NCBI GenBank assembly: GCA_029267355.1
Contig: JAJUJA010000004.1
Location: forward strand, 1,404-65,403
Direction of reading: 5' to 3'
DNA length: 64,000 nucleotides
DNA from: Elusimicrobiota bacterium
GTDB lineage: Bacteria; Elusimicrobiota; Elusimicrobia; Elusimicrobiales; UBA9959
How positions within the stretch are numbered: the stretch's first letter is position 1; each line of letters opens with the position of its first letter. Below the pieces are notes generated by a model. That model was not told the origin of the DNA and searched no databases. It saw only the letters and a program-made list of their open reading frames with translations. This document shows, in pieces, positions 55,530-64,000 of this stretch. The translations under genes were made by a program, and so were the position numbers.

Positions 55530-56735
55530 TCAAACCGCGTGAGGGGTTTTTTTCTTTACTATCTTTCTGTAATAGCTCTCAAATATATCTAATGCCCTGT
55601 CCAGCTGCTCTCTGGTGTGTGAGGCGGTGACAACCACTCTCATAAGAGTTCTCTTGGGCGGTACAGCCGGGCTGACCACAGGATTAGTGAAAATACCCTC
55701 ATCAAAAAGGGCGCGCCAAAGCATGAAGGTTTTCTCATTGTCGCCTATGAGTATGGGGATTATGGGCGTATTCGTATGGCCGGTATTGCAGCCCATTTTC
55801 TTGAATCTTTCAAGCAAATAATTGGAATTTTCCCAGAGTTTCTCCCTTCTCTGCGGCTCTTCTTTTATTATGTCTATGGCTTTGGAAATGGAAGCCACGC
55901 AGGAAGGCGGCAGAGCGGCAGAAAAGATCATTGAACGCGACATATGCCTTATGTAATGTATTATCTTTTCATCTCCGACAACAAAACCGCCGACAGAAGC
56001 GAAGGTTTTTGAGCAGGTGCCGACTATCAGATCAACATCCTTATGATCCAGCCCGAAATGTTCGCAGGTGCCGCGGCCGTTCTTGCCCATAACGCCGGTA
56101 GCGTGAGCGTCATCTACTATAAGTCTCGCAGAATGCCTTTTGCATATTTTGACTATTTCAGGAAGCGGGGCTATATCGCCTTCCATTGAGAAAACGCCGT
56201 CAACTATGACAAGTTTTCCGCTGTCCTGCGGCACTTTGGAAAGGACTTTATCAAGGTCTGCAGGGTCATTGTGCTTAAATCTCTTTATTTCGGCGCCGCT
56301 GAGCTTGCAGCCGTCAAGTATGCTGGCATGGTCAAGCTTGTCAACTATTACGGTATCGCCTTTCTGGGCCAAAGCGCTTACCACGCCCAGATTCATCTGA
56401 TAGCCGGTAGCATATATCAGACCGGCTTCCCTTTGCTTGAATTCAGCCAATTTTCTTTCAAGCTCTTCATGAAGAACCGTATTTCCGTTCAAAAATCTTG
56501 AGCCGGCCACGCCGGTGCCGTACTTTTCTATGGCCATGGAAGCTGCGGCCTTCATTCTCGGGTCATTGGCCAGACCGAGATAATTATTTGAGCCGAACAT
56601 TATGAATTTTCTGCCGCCTATATAGACTTCCGGAGCCTGCTCTGATTCAAGCGCCTTAAAATATGGATAAATCCCCTTCTCTTTCAATTCATGAACTATG
56701 TTAAAACCGTAGCATTTTTCAAAGATATCTTTCAT
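55530..56735 (-). CDS. PLP-dependent alpha-oxoamine synthase, serine palmitoyltransferase-like
   Basis: GIYPYF..E..Q..EV..GGRKFIMFGSNNYLGL, DHASILDG, DDAHATG and PLP-Lys GTCSKTFASVGGFV. This is closer to the SPT pattern (GTFSKS..GGF) than to the BioF or Kbl patterns. Confidence 0.65.
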   Translation of the reverse strand: MKDIFEKCYGFNIVHELKEKGIYPYFKALESEQAPEVYIGGRKFIMFGSNNYLGLANDPRMKAAASMAIEKYGTGVAGSRFLNGNTVLHEELERKLAEFKQREAGLIYATGYQMNLGVVSALAQKGDTVIVDKLDHASILDGCKLSGAEIKRFKHNDPADLDKVLSKVPQDSGKLVIVDGVFSMEGDIAPLPEIVKICKRHSARLIVDDAHATGVMGKNGRGTCEHFGLDHKDVDLIVGTCSKTFASVGGFVVGDEKIIHYIRHMSRSMIFSAALPPSCVASISKAIDIIKEEPQRREKLWENSNYLLERFKKMGCNTGHTNTPIIPILIGDNEKTFMLWRALFDEGIFTNPVVSPAVPPKRTLMRVVVTASHTREQLDRALDIFESYYRKIVKKKTPHAV

Positions 56736-56750
56736 AATGTTATAATTTTA

Positions 56751-57239
56751 TTATTTACCGCGCGTTTTTTCAATGATTTTACTTGTTGAACGGCCTTTTA
56801 GAAGAGGTATTATCTCAACTTTGCCGGAAAACTCGGCCCCGACGACCTTTTCAGGCGAATAATCGCCGCCTTTGACCAGAATATCCGGTTTTATGGCTTT
56901 TATGAGTTCATAAGGAGTATCCTGCGAAAAACCGGTAACATAATCCACGCAGGCAAAAGCGGCTAAAACAGCGGCTCTGTCCTTGAAACTGTTGACCGGC
57001 CTGCCGGGGCCTTTCAATCGTCTCACTGAAGCGTCGGAATTAAGACCGACTATGAGAATATCGCCGAAGGATTTCGCTTTTTCAAGGCTTTTGACATGGC
57101 CGGCATGTATTATGTCAAAACAGCCGTTCGTGAAAACAACTTTAAGGCCGTCCTTTTTGGCCTTTTTTGCCAGAGAAGAAGCCCTTGAGGACTTTATTAT
57201 CTTATTTTTTGAATTCATCGCTGGCCATAAAATTTTCAA
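56751..57239 (-). CDS. hldC: D-glycero-beta-D-manno-heptose-1-phosphate adenylyltransferase (RfaE domain II type cytidylyltransferase fold)
   Basis: [47 protein letters not shown] and GRSTSKII. Confidence 0.8.
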   Translation of the reverse strand: MKILWPAMNSKNKIIKSSRASSLAKKAKKDGLKVVFTNGCFDIIHAGHVKSLEKAKSFGDILIVGLNSDASVRRLKGPGRPVNSFKDRAAVLAAFACVDYVTGFSQDTPYELIKAIKPDILVKGGDYSPEKVVGAEFSGKVEIIPLLKGRSTSKIIEKTRGK

Positions 57240-58563
57240 GAAATTTTGTATCTATATCGCCCGACATGAACTGAGGACTTCTCAGTATTTTCTCATGAGC
57301 GCCTAGAGTGGTTTTTATGCCCTCAACTTTAAATTCATCTATTGCTCTGAGAGATCTCGCTATGGCCTTATTTCTGTCAGGCGCCCATATTATCAGTTTT
57401 GCTATCATGCTGTCATAATAAACCGGCAATTCATAGCCGGCATAGACATGGGAATCTATTCTTATGCCGGGGCCGCCGGGCAATATCCACTCTTTAACCT
57501 TGCCGACCGAGGGCGCGAAATTATTGCGCCAGTCTTCCGCATTTACTCTGTGTTCTATTGAATGGCCCCTGAAATTATCGGCATCCTGCTGCGTTATTTC
57601 AAGTTTCTCGCCCATAGCAGCCAGGACCTGCTGCCTGACAAGGTCCGAACCGGAGATTGACTCCGTCACAGGATGCTCAACTTGAAGCCGGGTATTTACT
57701 TCCATAAAATAAAAGTCGCCGTTCTTGTCCAGCAAAAATTCCACGGTGCCGGCGCCAAGGTAATCGGCGCTGTCGGCCAGATTGGCGGCCGCTTTCTGAA
57801 GTTTTTTTCTAAGCTGAGCATTCACGGCCGGAGAAGGAGTCTCCTCTATAAGCTTCTGATTTCTTCTCTGAACCGAACAGTCCCTTTCAGGAAAAGCTAC
57901 GGTATTTCCAAAGCTGTCCCTTATGAACTGTATTTCTATATGCCTCGGCTTTTCTATGAACTTCTCAAAATAAATCTCTCCGTTCCCGAAAGCAGCCAGA
58001 GCTTCGCTTCTGGCCATTTCGCATTCATGCAGAAGCTTGTCCTTATCATAAACTATTCTTATGCCCCTGCCGCCGCCGCCGGCAGCCGCCTTTATCATAA
58101 CCGGGAAGCCGATTTTCTCGGCCTCTTTCATAAAATCTTTCTCAACGCAGCCGTCTGTGCCGGGCGTTATAGGCACGCCGGCCTTTTTTGCTATAGAACG
58201 GGCAGTGGCCTTATGGCCAAGCAGTTTTATTGAGTCCGGCGCAGGCCCGATAAAAATTATTCCGTTTTTTGAACAGGCCCTGGAAAAATCAGCATTCTCG
58301 GAAAGAAAGCCGTAGCCCGGATGTACGGCGTCTGCCTTATGCGTGACAGCGGCCGAGATTATATTGTCTATTTTCAAATAGCTTTCTTTTGAGGGCGCGG
58401 GCCCTATGCAGACTGATTCGTCGGCCATTCTCACATGAAGCGAATTCCTGTCGCCTTCTGAATACACAGCCACGGATTTTATTCCCATCTCCCTTAAAGT
58501 TCTTATGACTCTCAAAGCTATTTCGCCCCTGTTGGCGATTAAAACCTTCCTTATTTCCTTCAT
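57202..58563 (-). CDS. accC: Biotin carboxylase
   Basis: [16 protein letters not shown], an ATP-grasp domain and ..[15 protein letters not shown].. Confidence 0.95.
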   Translation of the reverse strand: MKEIRKVLIANRGEIALRVIRTLREMGIKSVAVYSEGDRNSLHVRMADESVCIGPAPSKESYLKIDNIISAAVTHKADAVHPGYGFLSENADFSRACSKNGIIFIGPAPDSIKLLGHKATARSIAKKAGVPITPGTDGCVEKDFMKEAEKIGFPVMIKAAAGGGGRGIRIVYDKDKLLHECEMARSEALAAFGNGEIYFEKFIEKPRHIEIQFIRDSFGNTVAFPERDCSVQRRNQKLIEETPSPAVNAQLRKKLQKAAANLADSADYLGAGTVEFLLDKNGDFYFMEVNTRLQVEHPVTESISGSDLVRQQVLAAMGEKLEITQQDADNFRGHSIEHRVNAEDWRNNFAPSVGKVKEWILPGGPGIRIDSHVYAGYELPVYYDSMIAKLIIWAPDRNKAIARSLRAIDEFKVEGIKTTLGAHEKILRSPQFMSGDIDTKFLENFMASDEFKK

Positions 58564-58576
58564 TTAACCTCCAGAA

Positions 58577-60196
58577 TTATTTTGAAACGGCTTTAACAGA
58601 GCCGGTCCAGAGATTTACCGAAGCCCTGTAAACTTCATTTTCTTCAAGTTTTTTATTTCTCTTATCGTATTTAACCTGAAATACATAGACCATGTAAATC
58701 GGGCCATCTTGTTTTTCGGCCTTCCATTCATCCTTGAAATAAAAGCTTTTTTTGGCGTCCTTGCCGTTAAGCGAGCTCAAAGCCGCGCTTCTCTGTTCCA
58801 AAACAGTCGGCGCATCAGGCGAAACTCTGGCCCTTTGGGCCATATTTACCGCCTCTGCTGAAACGTCCGAAGACAGGAAAGACTGCCTCTTAAGCGCCTC
58901 CTTCTTATTAATACCTTCCGGGCATACGGAAACCGCCGATTGTATATCGGATTCAGCGCTTTGGAAATCGCCAAGGCGCACATAGGCGTCCGCTCTGGAC
59001 ATAAGCAAAGGACACTTGTTTTTTAATGAAATGTCTTCAAAATTCAACAGCTCTTCATAGGCCTGAAGAGCATCCTGAAATCTGGCCATAAATCTCAAGC
59101 TGTCAGCGTAATAAAATGTAAACCAGAAAACCTCGTCTTTGCTGAAGCCCACAGGATATGAAGCCTGAGCGTCAAGCGTTCTTCTGCATGATTCAAGCGC
59201 CTTGTCATAAAGCCCCATTAGATACTCTGTATTACACAGATATCCGGAAGTTCTTGGGTCCATAGGATCGGTCAAATAAAGCTTCTGAGCCAGAAAAAGA
59301 GCCTGCGAGAAATCGCCTTTTCCTATTGCCTCGTCTATGGGCGCAAATAAATGCCATATATAAGGCCTTACCCATCTGTCATGCTCTCTGACAAAAGAGA
59401 TATAGTCTTCCTTCCAGGTTCCTGTGCCTTCCTTGAGCCAGTATTTCACTATGGCGCCTTCTTTCCCCATCTTAAAAACGGAAACATCCCTGAATTCCCA
59501 GCCGCCTTTGATCTGCGAATAGTAAGCGTCATTGTATTTGACATAATCTGTAAAAGGGCAGGTGAACTTTGAGTTATTTGAGAGATATGAATATGCCTGA
59601 GAATAATTTTTTTCGCTCAGGGCTGTCAAATATTTCCTTGCCGTCAAAACAAGCTTTATGCCCGGAATTTTCGGCGCGATAATAAGCCATGCAATCGAAA
59701 TGACTGCGATCAAAACCGCAAGATAAACGGCATACTTTGAAAGAGGGCTTTTTTTTATTTGCCCAGGTTTCGGCTTGTTTTCAGAGGTATTTTTTTTAGT
59801 TTCCAGCTCGGCCAGCTTGTCTTTCTCTCTTTTGGCGGCCTCAACTCTTTCGTCTTTATTTACTACTTTAGGCGCCTGATTTTGCGGATTGGCCTCCTGT
59901 TTTTTTCTGAAACTGTCGGCATGGCTCTCAACCGTTTCATTAATTGACTCAAATTCTATAACCATCTTAGGCGCTGCGGGTTTCTCAGGTTTATTTTCAT
60001 CCTGCGGCTCATTTTGAGGCGCGGCTTTCAAAGCCAGAAGAGAGCCGCAAGAGTCGCAGTAATTCTTCTCCACAGCGTTCACCGCCTCGCAATTTCCGCA
60101 AATTTTCACAAGCGAGGAGCCGCATTTAATGCAGGTATCGCTTATTATATTGGACTGATATCCGCATTTGGAACATCTTATTATTGAAGGTTTCAT
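58577..60196 (-). CDS. Double zinc-ribbon / single-TM / TPR-like protein, unknown function
   Basis: N-terminal CSKCG..C..CG, then CGNC..C..CG. A Lys/Glu/Pro-rich linker and TM (YAVYLAVLIAVISIAWLIIAP). The extracytoplasmic part has TPR-like helical repeats. Confidence 0.6.
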   Translation of the reverse strand: MKPSIIRCSKCGYQSNIISDTCIKCGSSLVKICGNCEAVNAVEKNYCDSCGSLLALKAAPQNEPQDENKPEKPAAPKMVIEFESINETVESHADSFRKKQEANPQNQAPKVVNKDERVEAAKREKDKLAELETKKNTSENKPKPGQIKKSPLSKYAVYLAVLIAVISIAWLIIAPKIPGIKLVLTARKYLTALSEKNYSQAYSYLSNNSKFTCPFTDYVKYNDAYYSQIKGGWEFRDVSVFKMGKEGAIVKYWLKEGTGTWKEDYISFVREHDRWVRPYIWHLFAPIDEAIGKGDFSQALFLAQKLYLTDPMDPRTSGYLCNTEYLMGLYDKALESCRRTLDAQASYPVGFSKDEVFWFTFYYADSLRFMARFQDALQAYEELLNFEDISLKNKCPLLMSRADAYVRLGDFQSAESDIQSAVSVCPEGINKKEALKRQSFLSSDVSAEAVNMAQRARVSPDAPTVLEQRSAALSSLNGKDAKKSFYFKDEWKAEKQDGPIYMVYVFQVKYDKRNKKLEENEVYRASVNLWTGSVKAVSK

Positions 60197-60197
60197 C

Positions 60198-60575
60198 TTA
60201 CTTTTTTTCTACAAAAAAGAGAGGAACGCCGAAATCAGCGCAATCGCCGTCTTTAAGGCATACTTTCGCCACTACCGCGTTATAGGGAGAAGTTATCTCC
60301 CTGTGCTCGCCGAGAACTTCCACATAGCCGAGTACTTCTCCCTTTTTAACTTCGTCGCCTTCTGATATGTTCAAAGTTCTGCCCGGCAGTGAACGCCTGA
60401 AAATACCGACGCATGGAGAGTTTATATTGGCCATTGAAGAAATGAAATTAAAGTTTCTTTCCTCTCTCCATACTTCGCAAAAGGAAAAACTTTCCTTTCC
60501 GTTCTTATAAACTATCTCTTCAAGATCTGTTTCTTTTGCCCATTTGGCAATTGACGCTATATCTTCAGCTTTCAT
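60198..60575 (-). CDS. BCCP-like biotinyl-domain protein lacking the biotinylated lysine
   Basis: It aligns with E. coli AccB (SPMVGTF..VG..V..G..LCIVEAMKMMNQIE). Here the sequence is SPCVGIF..EGDEVKKGEVLGYVEVLGEHREIT, so the AMK lysine position is Gly. Confidence 0.75.
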   Translation of the reverse strand: MKAEDIASIAKWAKETDLEEIVYKNGKESFSFCEVWREERNFNFISSMANINSPCVGIFRRSLPGRTLNISEGDEVKKGEVLGYVEVLGEHREITSPYNAVVAKVCLKDGDCADFGVPLFFVEKK

Positions 60576-60584
60576 AGAAATCTC

Positions 60585-61040
60585 CTACAAACCGGCCTGA
60601 GAAGGGTCAAAGGGCTTCAAAAGCAGTTTTGAAACCTTTATCACCGTTATTTTTTCCTTTTTCTTTTCTATCGGCTGCCAGTCAACGCAGATTACATTGG
60701 CATCCCTGGCCGCAAATTCAAGTATGACCTGTCTGCAGGCGCCGCGGGGCGTGGCAGATTTGGCCACCACGCAAATATCCCTTATTTTTTTCTCGCCCGC
60801 GCTTATCGCCTTGAATATAGCCGTTCTTTCAGCGCACATTGAAAGGCCGAAGGAGGCATTTTCCACATTGCAGCCGGTATATATCCTGCCTGATTCGCCA
60901 AGAACGGCGGCACCGACCGGGTATCTTGAATAAGGAGAATAAGAATGCTTCTGCGCCTTCTTGGCCAGCTCTACAAGCTTTTCCCTTATTTTTTTGTTCC
61001 AGTCTTTTCTTGATATTTTCTCTTTCTTGGCCATTTTCAA
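60585..61040 (-). CDS. cdd: Cytidine deaminase (homotetrameric type) with a variant zinc motif
   Basis: The CAERTAIF motif is present. The second motif reads TPRGACRQ instead of PCGACRQ (codon CGC at 60744-60746). Confidence 0.8.
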   Translation of the reverse strand: MKMAKKEKISRKDWNKKIREKLVELAKKAQKHSYSPYSRYPVGAAVLGESGRIYTGCNVENASFGLSMCAERTAIFKAISAGEKKIRDICVVAKSATPRGACRQVILEFAARDANVICVDWQPIEKKKEKITVIKVSKLLLKPFDPSQAGL

Positions 61041-61891
61041 CCTATTATCAGTTTGAGCTTTGCTTTTAGCGCCGCAGGGATATTATCCTTTGAAGTCAAA
61101 AGTGAAGTTTTCATTATATCGGCATAGCCGCAGCTGCATTTAATCTTGCTTAATTCAGGTATGACTTTAACCAGCAGCCGCCTTATATTTTCGACATTTT
61201 TATGCAGCGTTTCCAGAACCTTGGCCTGATCAACTTCCTCTCCTTCCTTCCAGCAATCATAGTCCGTGACAAGCGAAACCGGCGTATAATGCAGGCCTGC
61301 CTCTCTGGCGACTTTTGCTTCGGTAGCCACGGTCATGCCTATTATGGAATACCCCATTTTTCTGTGATATTCGCTTTCAGCCCTGGTTGAAAAGCCGGGC
61401 CCTTCCATACACACATATGTGCCGCCGAAATGCGATGTTATGCCGAGTTTTTTTGCATGTCCGAACATAAACTTGGAATACTCCATACAGAAAGGATGAG
61501 CCATAGGCACATGGGCCACAGCGCCGTCTCCGAAGAAAGTGGCTTTTCTGAGTTTCGTTTCATCCACGAACTGATCCGGGAAAACAAAATGCGAAGGCGC
61601 CAGCTTCTGCTGCAGAGAGCCTACTGCGCTTACCGAAATAACGGTCTCCACGCCCAGAGATTTAAGCGCCCATATATTTGCCTGATGCGGTATCTCCGAA
61701 GGCAGTATATTATGCTTTCTGCCGTGCCTGGGCACAAAGCAAACCGGGCAGCCGGAAATCTCTCCAAAAATCAGCTTATCCGAAGTTTTGCCGAAAGGCG
61801 TTTTAATGTTCAACTCCCTCTTATTCTTAAGTTCGTCTATCTGGTAAAGGCCGCTGCCGCCTATAACCGCTATTTTTGCGGATAATTTCAT
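61037..61891 (-). CDS. mtnP: S-methyl-5'-thioadenosine phosphorylase
   Basis: IAVIGGSGLY.., ..FVPRHGR.H.., ..IIGMT...E and the overall MTAP/PNP-family-2 pattern. Confidence 0.85.
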   Translation of the reverse strand: MKLSAKIAVIGGSGLYQIDELKNKRELNIKTPFGKTSDKLIFGEISGCPVCFVPRHGRKHNILPSEIPHQANIWALKSLGVETVISVSAVGSLQQKLAPSHFVFPDQFVDETKLRKATFFGDGAVAHVPMAHPFCMEYSKFMFGHAKKLGITSHFGGTYVCMEGPGFSTRAESEYHRKMGYSIIGMTVATEAKVAREAGLHYTPVSLVTDYDCWKEGEEVDQAKVLETLHKNVENIRRLLVKVIPELSKIKCSCGYADIMKTSLLTSKDNIPAALKAKLKLIIG

Positions 61892-61899
61892 TTTTCCTC

Positions 61900-63150
61900 C
61901 TAATTTTCAAAACCGGGATAAATCGGGAAACCGGCGCAGAATTTCTCCACTTTCTCCGATATGCCCTTAAGAGCGGTATCATTGTCCTTGTTCTTTACCG
62001 CCTCATCTATGAATCCGGCTATTATTTCCATTTCCTTCTCTTTCATTCCTCTTGTGGTAACAGCCGGCGTGCCTATCCTGACTCCGCTGGTTATCAGAGG
62101 CGGCTGCGGGTCATAAGGTATGGTGTTCTTATTCACCGTTATGCCGGCCTTGTCCAGCGCTTTTTCCGCGTCCTTGCCTGTCACATTTTTGCTTCTCAAA
62201 TCAAGCGAAAGTAAATGGCAGTCGGTTCCGCCCGAAACTATCCTGTAGCCGAGCGAAGCCAAGCAGGAGGCGAGTTTTTGAGCATTGGCCAGAACCTGCT
62301 TCTGATAGGCAACGAAATCCGGCTTAAGCGCCTCGCCGAAACAAACCGCTTTGGCAGCCACAGCATGCATAAGCGGCCCGCCCTGATTGCCGGGGAAATT
62401 CGTTCTGTCAACGGCTTTTGAATATGCCGCTTTTGAAAGTATCAGGCCGCCGCGGGGGCCTCTGAGAGTTTTATGCGTAGTGGTGGTCATTATATCGGCA
62501 TATTCGGCAGGAGAAGGATATACGCCTGCGGCTATAAGGCCGGCATAATGGGCTATATCCGTAACCATGAACGCCTTCCATCTGTCGGCCATTTTCTTTA
62601 TTCTGGCCCAATCCCATACTCTTGAATAATTGGAAGCGCCGGCCATTATAAGTCTGGGCCTTTCCTTCTCTACTATTTTCTCCATCTCATCGTAATCAAT
62701 GAGTTCGGTGTCCTTATTGACATTTATGGTGACTATTTTGAAATATCTGCCTGAAAAATTCAGCGGATGGCCGTGAGAAAGATGACCGCCGTGGGAAAGA
62801 TTAAGGCCAAGCACAGTATCGCCGGGATTGATAAGTGAAAGATAAGCCGTTATATTGGCCGTTGTGCCGCTATGGGGCTGGACATTGGCATGTTCGGCAT
62901 TGAAAAGCTTTTTGGCTCTTTCTATGGCTATTTTTTCGGCTACATCCACATGTTCACAGCCGCCGTAATATCTTTTACCCGGATAGCCCTCCGCATATTT
63001 ATTGGTCAAAACAGAGCCGAGAGCGTCAAGCACCGCTTTGGATGTATAGTTTTCAGAAGCTATAAGCTCAAGCTTATTCTGCTGTCTGAGCACCTCGCCC
63101 CTTACCGCTTCATAAATCTCTTTGTCCGCTTTTTTCAATTCCTCATACAT
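61900..63150 (-). CDS. glyA: Serine hydroxymethyltransferase
   Basis: LELIASENYTS and the PLP-Lys region TTTTHKTLRGPRGG. Confidence 0.95.
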   Translation of the reverse strand: MYEELKKADKEIYEAVRGEVLRQQNKLELIASENYTSKAVLDALGSVLTNKYAEGYPGKRYYGGCEHVDVAEKIAIERAKKLFNAEHANVQPHSGTTANITAYLSLINPGDTVLGLNLSHGGHLSHGHPLNFSGRYFKIVTINVNKDTELIDYDEMEKIVEKERPRLIMAGASNYSRVWDWARIKKMADRWKAFMVTDIAHYAGLIAAGVYPSPAEYADIMTTTTHKTLRGPRGGLILSKAAYSKAVDRTNFPGNQGGPLMHAVAAKAVCFGEALKPDFVAYQKQVLANAQKLASCLASLGYRIVSGGTDCHLLSLDLRSKNVTGKDAEKALDKAGITVNKNTIPYDPQPPLITSGVRIGTPAVTTRGMKEKEMEIIAGFIDEAVKNKDNDTALKGISEKVEKFCAGFPIYPGFEN

Positions 63151-63196
63151 AAAATCTCCTTTGAGCCGTGAAATATCTAAAGCGACCGTCTATCTA

Positions 63197-64000
63197 TTAT
63201 ATATTTTTTATAACTGTCTTTTCCAAAGCGCCTTTGACGCAGTTTTTTATGGTTTTGAAAGTCATAAGGTAAAAATCGCGGTCCTGACCCCAGGGGTCGG
63301 AGATATCAACCCGGCCTAAACCGGCAAAAAAGGAAAGCTGGTAAATTTTAGACGAGTATTTAGGAAAAAGACCCGAAAGTATCTCCCTTTGTTTTTCTGT
63401 CATACAGAGTACAATGTCGCTTTCCTCAACCATTTCCGCATTTATTTGCCTTGGGCTGTGTTCAAAACGCTCTATACCTTCTGTTTTAAGCGCGCTAAAA
63501 ACTTCGTCAGGCACTTCGGCATTAGAGGCGTAAATCCCGGCGGAGAAAGGCTTTATATTCTCAGGGAAAATTTTCAGGGCGTATTTTTCAGCCATTAAGC
63601 TTCTGCATGTGTTTCCGGCGCAGACAAATAGAACCTTCTGATTTTTATCCTCTGCGGAAATCTCAATTTTTTTGTCCTCCCAGGCGACTATGGTAAATTC
63701 GCCGAGGTTTTCCCCTTTCTCAAGATCAGCGCATATCTTGGCGGCATCGCCCCTGAGCCATTGCTGATAGGTTTTTGTCAATTCTCTGGCCAAAATAAAG
63801 GATACTGAAGGCAGTCTTTGCTTTGCGGCTTCAAAAAACTTTTTCACTCTCTGCGGAGATTCATAGAAGACCACCGGATAGCCGGATGACAGCGCTTTAG
63901 AAAGTTTTTTGAAAATCTTTTCCTCGCCTCTGGGCAAAAAACCGATAAACTGGAAATTATCGCAGGGAAATCCGCTGCCGGCTAAAGCGCATAAAACGGA
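63197..64000 (-). CDS. rsmI: 16S rRNA 2'-O-methyltransferase RsmI (C-terminal part; N-terminus beyond the right edge) fused to a low-molecular-weight protein-tyrosine/arsenate-reductase-type phosphatase domain
   Basis: The frame stays open upstream of the tracked TTG to base 64000 (SVLCALAGSGFPCDNFQFIGFLPRGEEK..VFYESPQRV..ARELTKTYQ), which is the RsmI pattern. This is followed in-frame by VLFVCAGNTCRSLMAE (CX5R(S) P-loop) and DISDPWG (catalytic Asp). Confidence 0.8.
   Translation of the reverse strand, partial: SVLCALAGSGFPCDNFQFIGFLPRGEEKIFKKLSKALSSGYPVVFYESPQRVKKFFEAAKQRLPSVSFILARELTKTYQQWLRGDAAKICADLEKGENLGEFTIVAWEDKKIEISAEDKNQKVLFVCAGNTCRSLMAEKYALKIFPENIKPFSAGIYASNAEVPDEVFSALKTEGIERFEHSPRQINAEMVEESDIVLCMTEKQREILSGLFPKYSSKIYQLSFFAGLGRVDISDPWGQDRDFYLMTFKTIKNCVKGALEKTVIKNI

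Overview
This window is compact, roughly 90% coding bacterial chromosome. By eye the GC content is in the low-to-mid 40s %. The organism looks diderm, because Lnt, MlaFED/MCE, a TonB-dependent receptor and RfaE-II are all present. Lineage cannot be assigned from the sequence alone. I found no rRNA, CRISPR array, IS element, integrase or prophage. The only RNA features are one tRNA-Thr(UGU) and one cobalamin riboswitch.

Layout:
- 1-2.6 kb: a partial giant secreted surface protein coupled to an Rrf2 regulator.
- 7.5-28 kb: a 20-kb unidirectional minus-strand block. It carries a C1 peptidase, nif3, cysS, ispF, ispD, yacL-like, radA, mlaDFE, alr, dnaB, rplI, rpsR, ssb, rpsF, then a MurU-like gene, membrane genes, an AmgK-like kinase and an M3 peptidase.
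- 28-36 kb: envelope and secreted functions (suhB, lnt, TPR lipoprotein, C11 peptidase, exported peroxiredoxin, YkuD-like protein, two orphans).
- 36-40 kb: rmuC, a radical-SAM gene, a DUF4130-like gene and a PH-domain membrane gene.
- 40-47 kb: metH, tatD, prfB and redox genes.
- 47-54 kb: a two-component system, a riboswitch-controlled BtuB-like receptor and an HD-GYP/receiver pair.
- 54-64 kb: lipid and one-carbon genes (SPT-like AOS plus GNAT, hldC, accC, BCCP-like, cdd, mtnP, glyA, rsmI).

Best candidates for undescribed biology:
1. The rmuC / radical-SAM / DUF4130 / bPH operon behind a palindromic operator.
2. A peptidoglycan-salvage-like cluster. Its AmgK-type kinase is fused to a RapZ C-terminal domain, and three membrane proteins separate it from murU.
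3. A BCCP homologue lacking the biotinyl-lysine, separated from accC by a zinc-ribbon/TPR membrane protein.
4. Three translationally coupled mini-membrane ORFs between tatD and metH.
5. An RsmI / LMW-phosphatase fusion.

All family assignments rest on motif recognition by eye and need HMM or BLAST confirmation.
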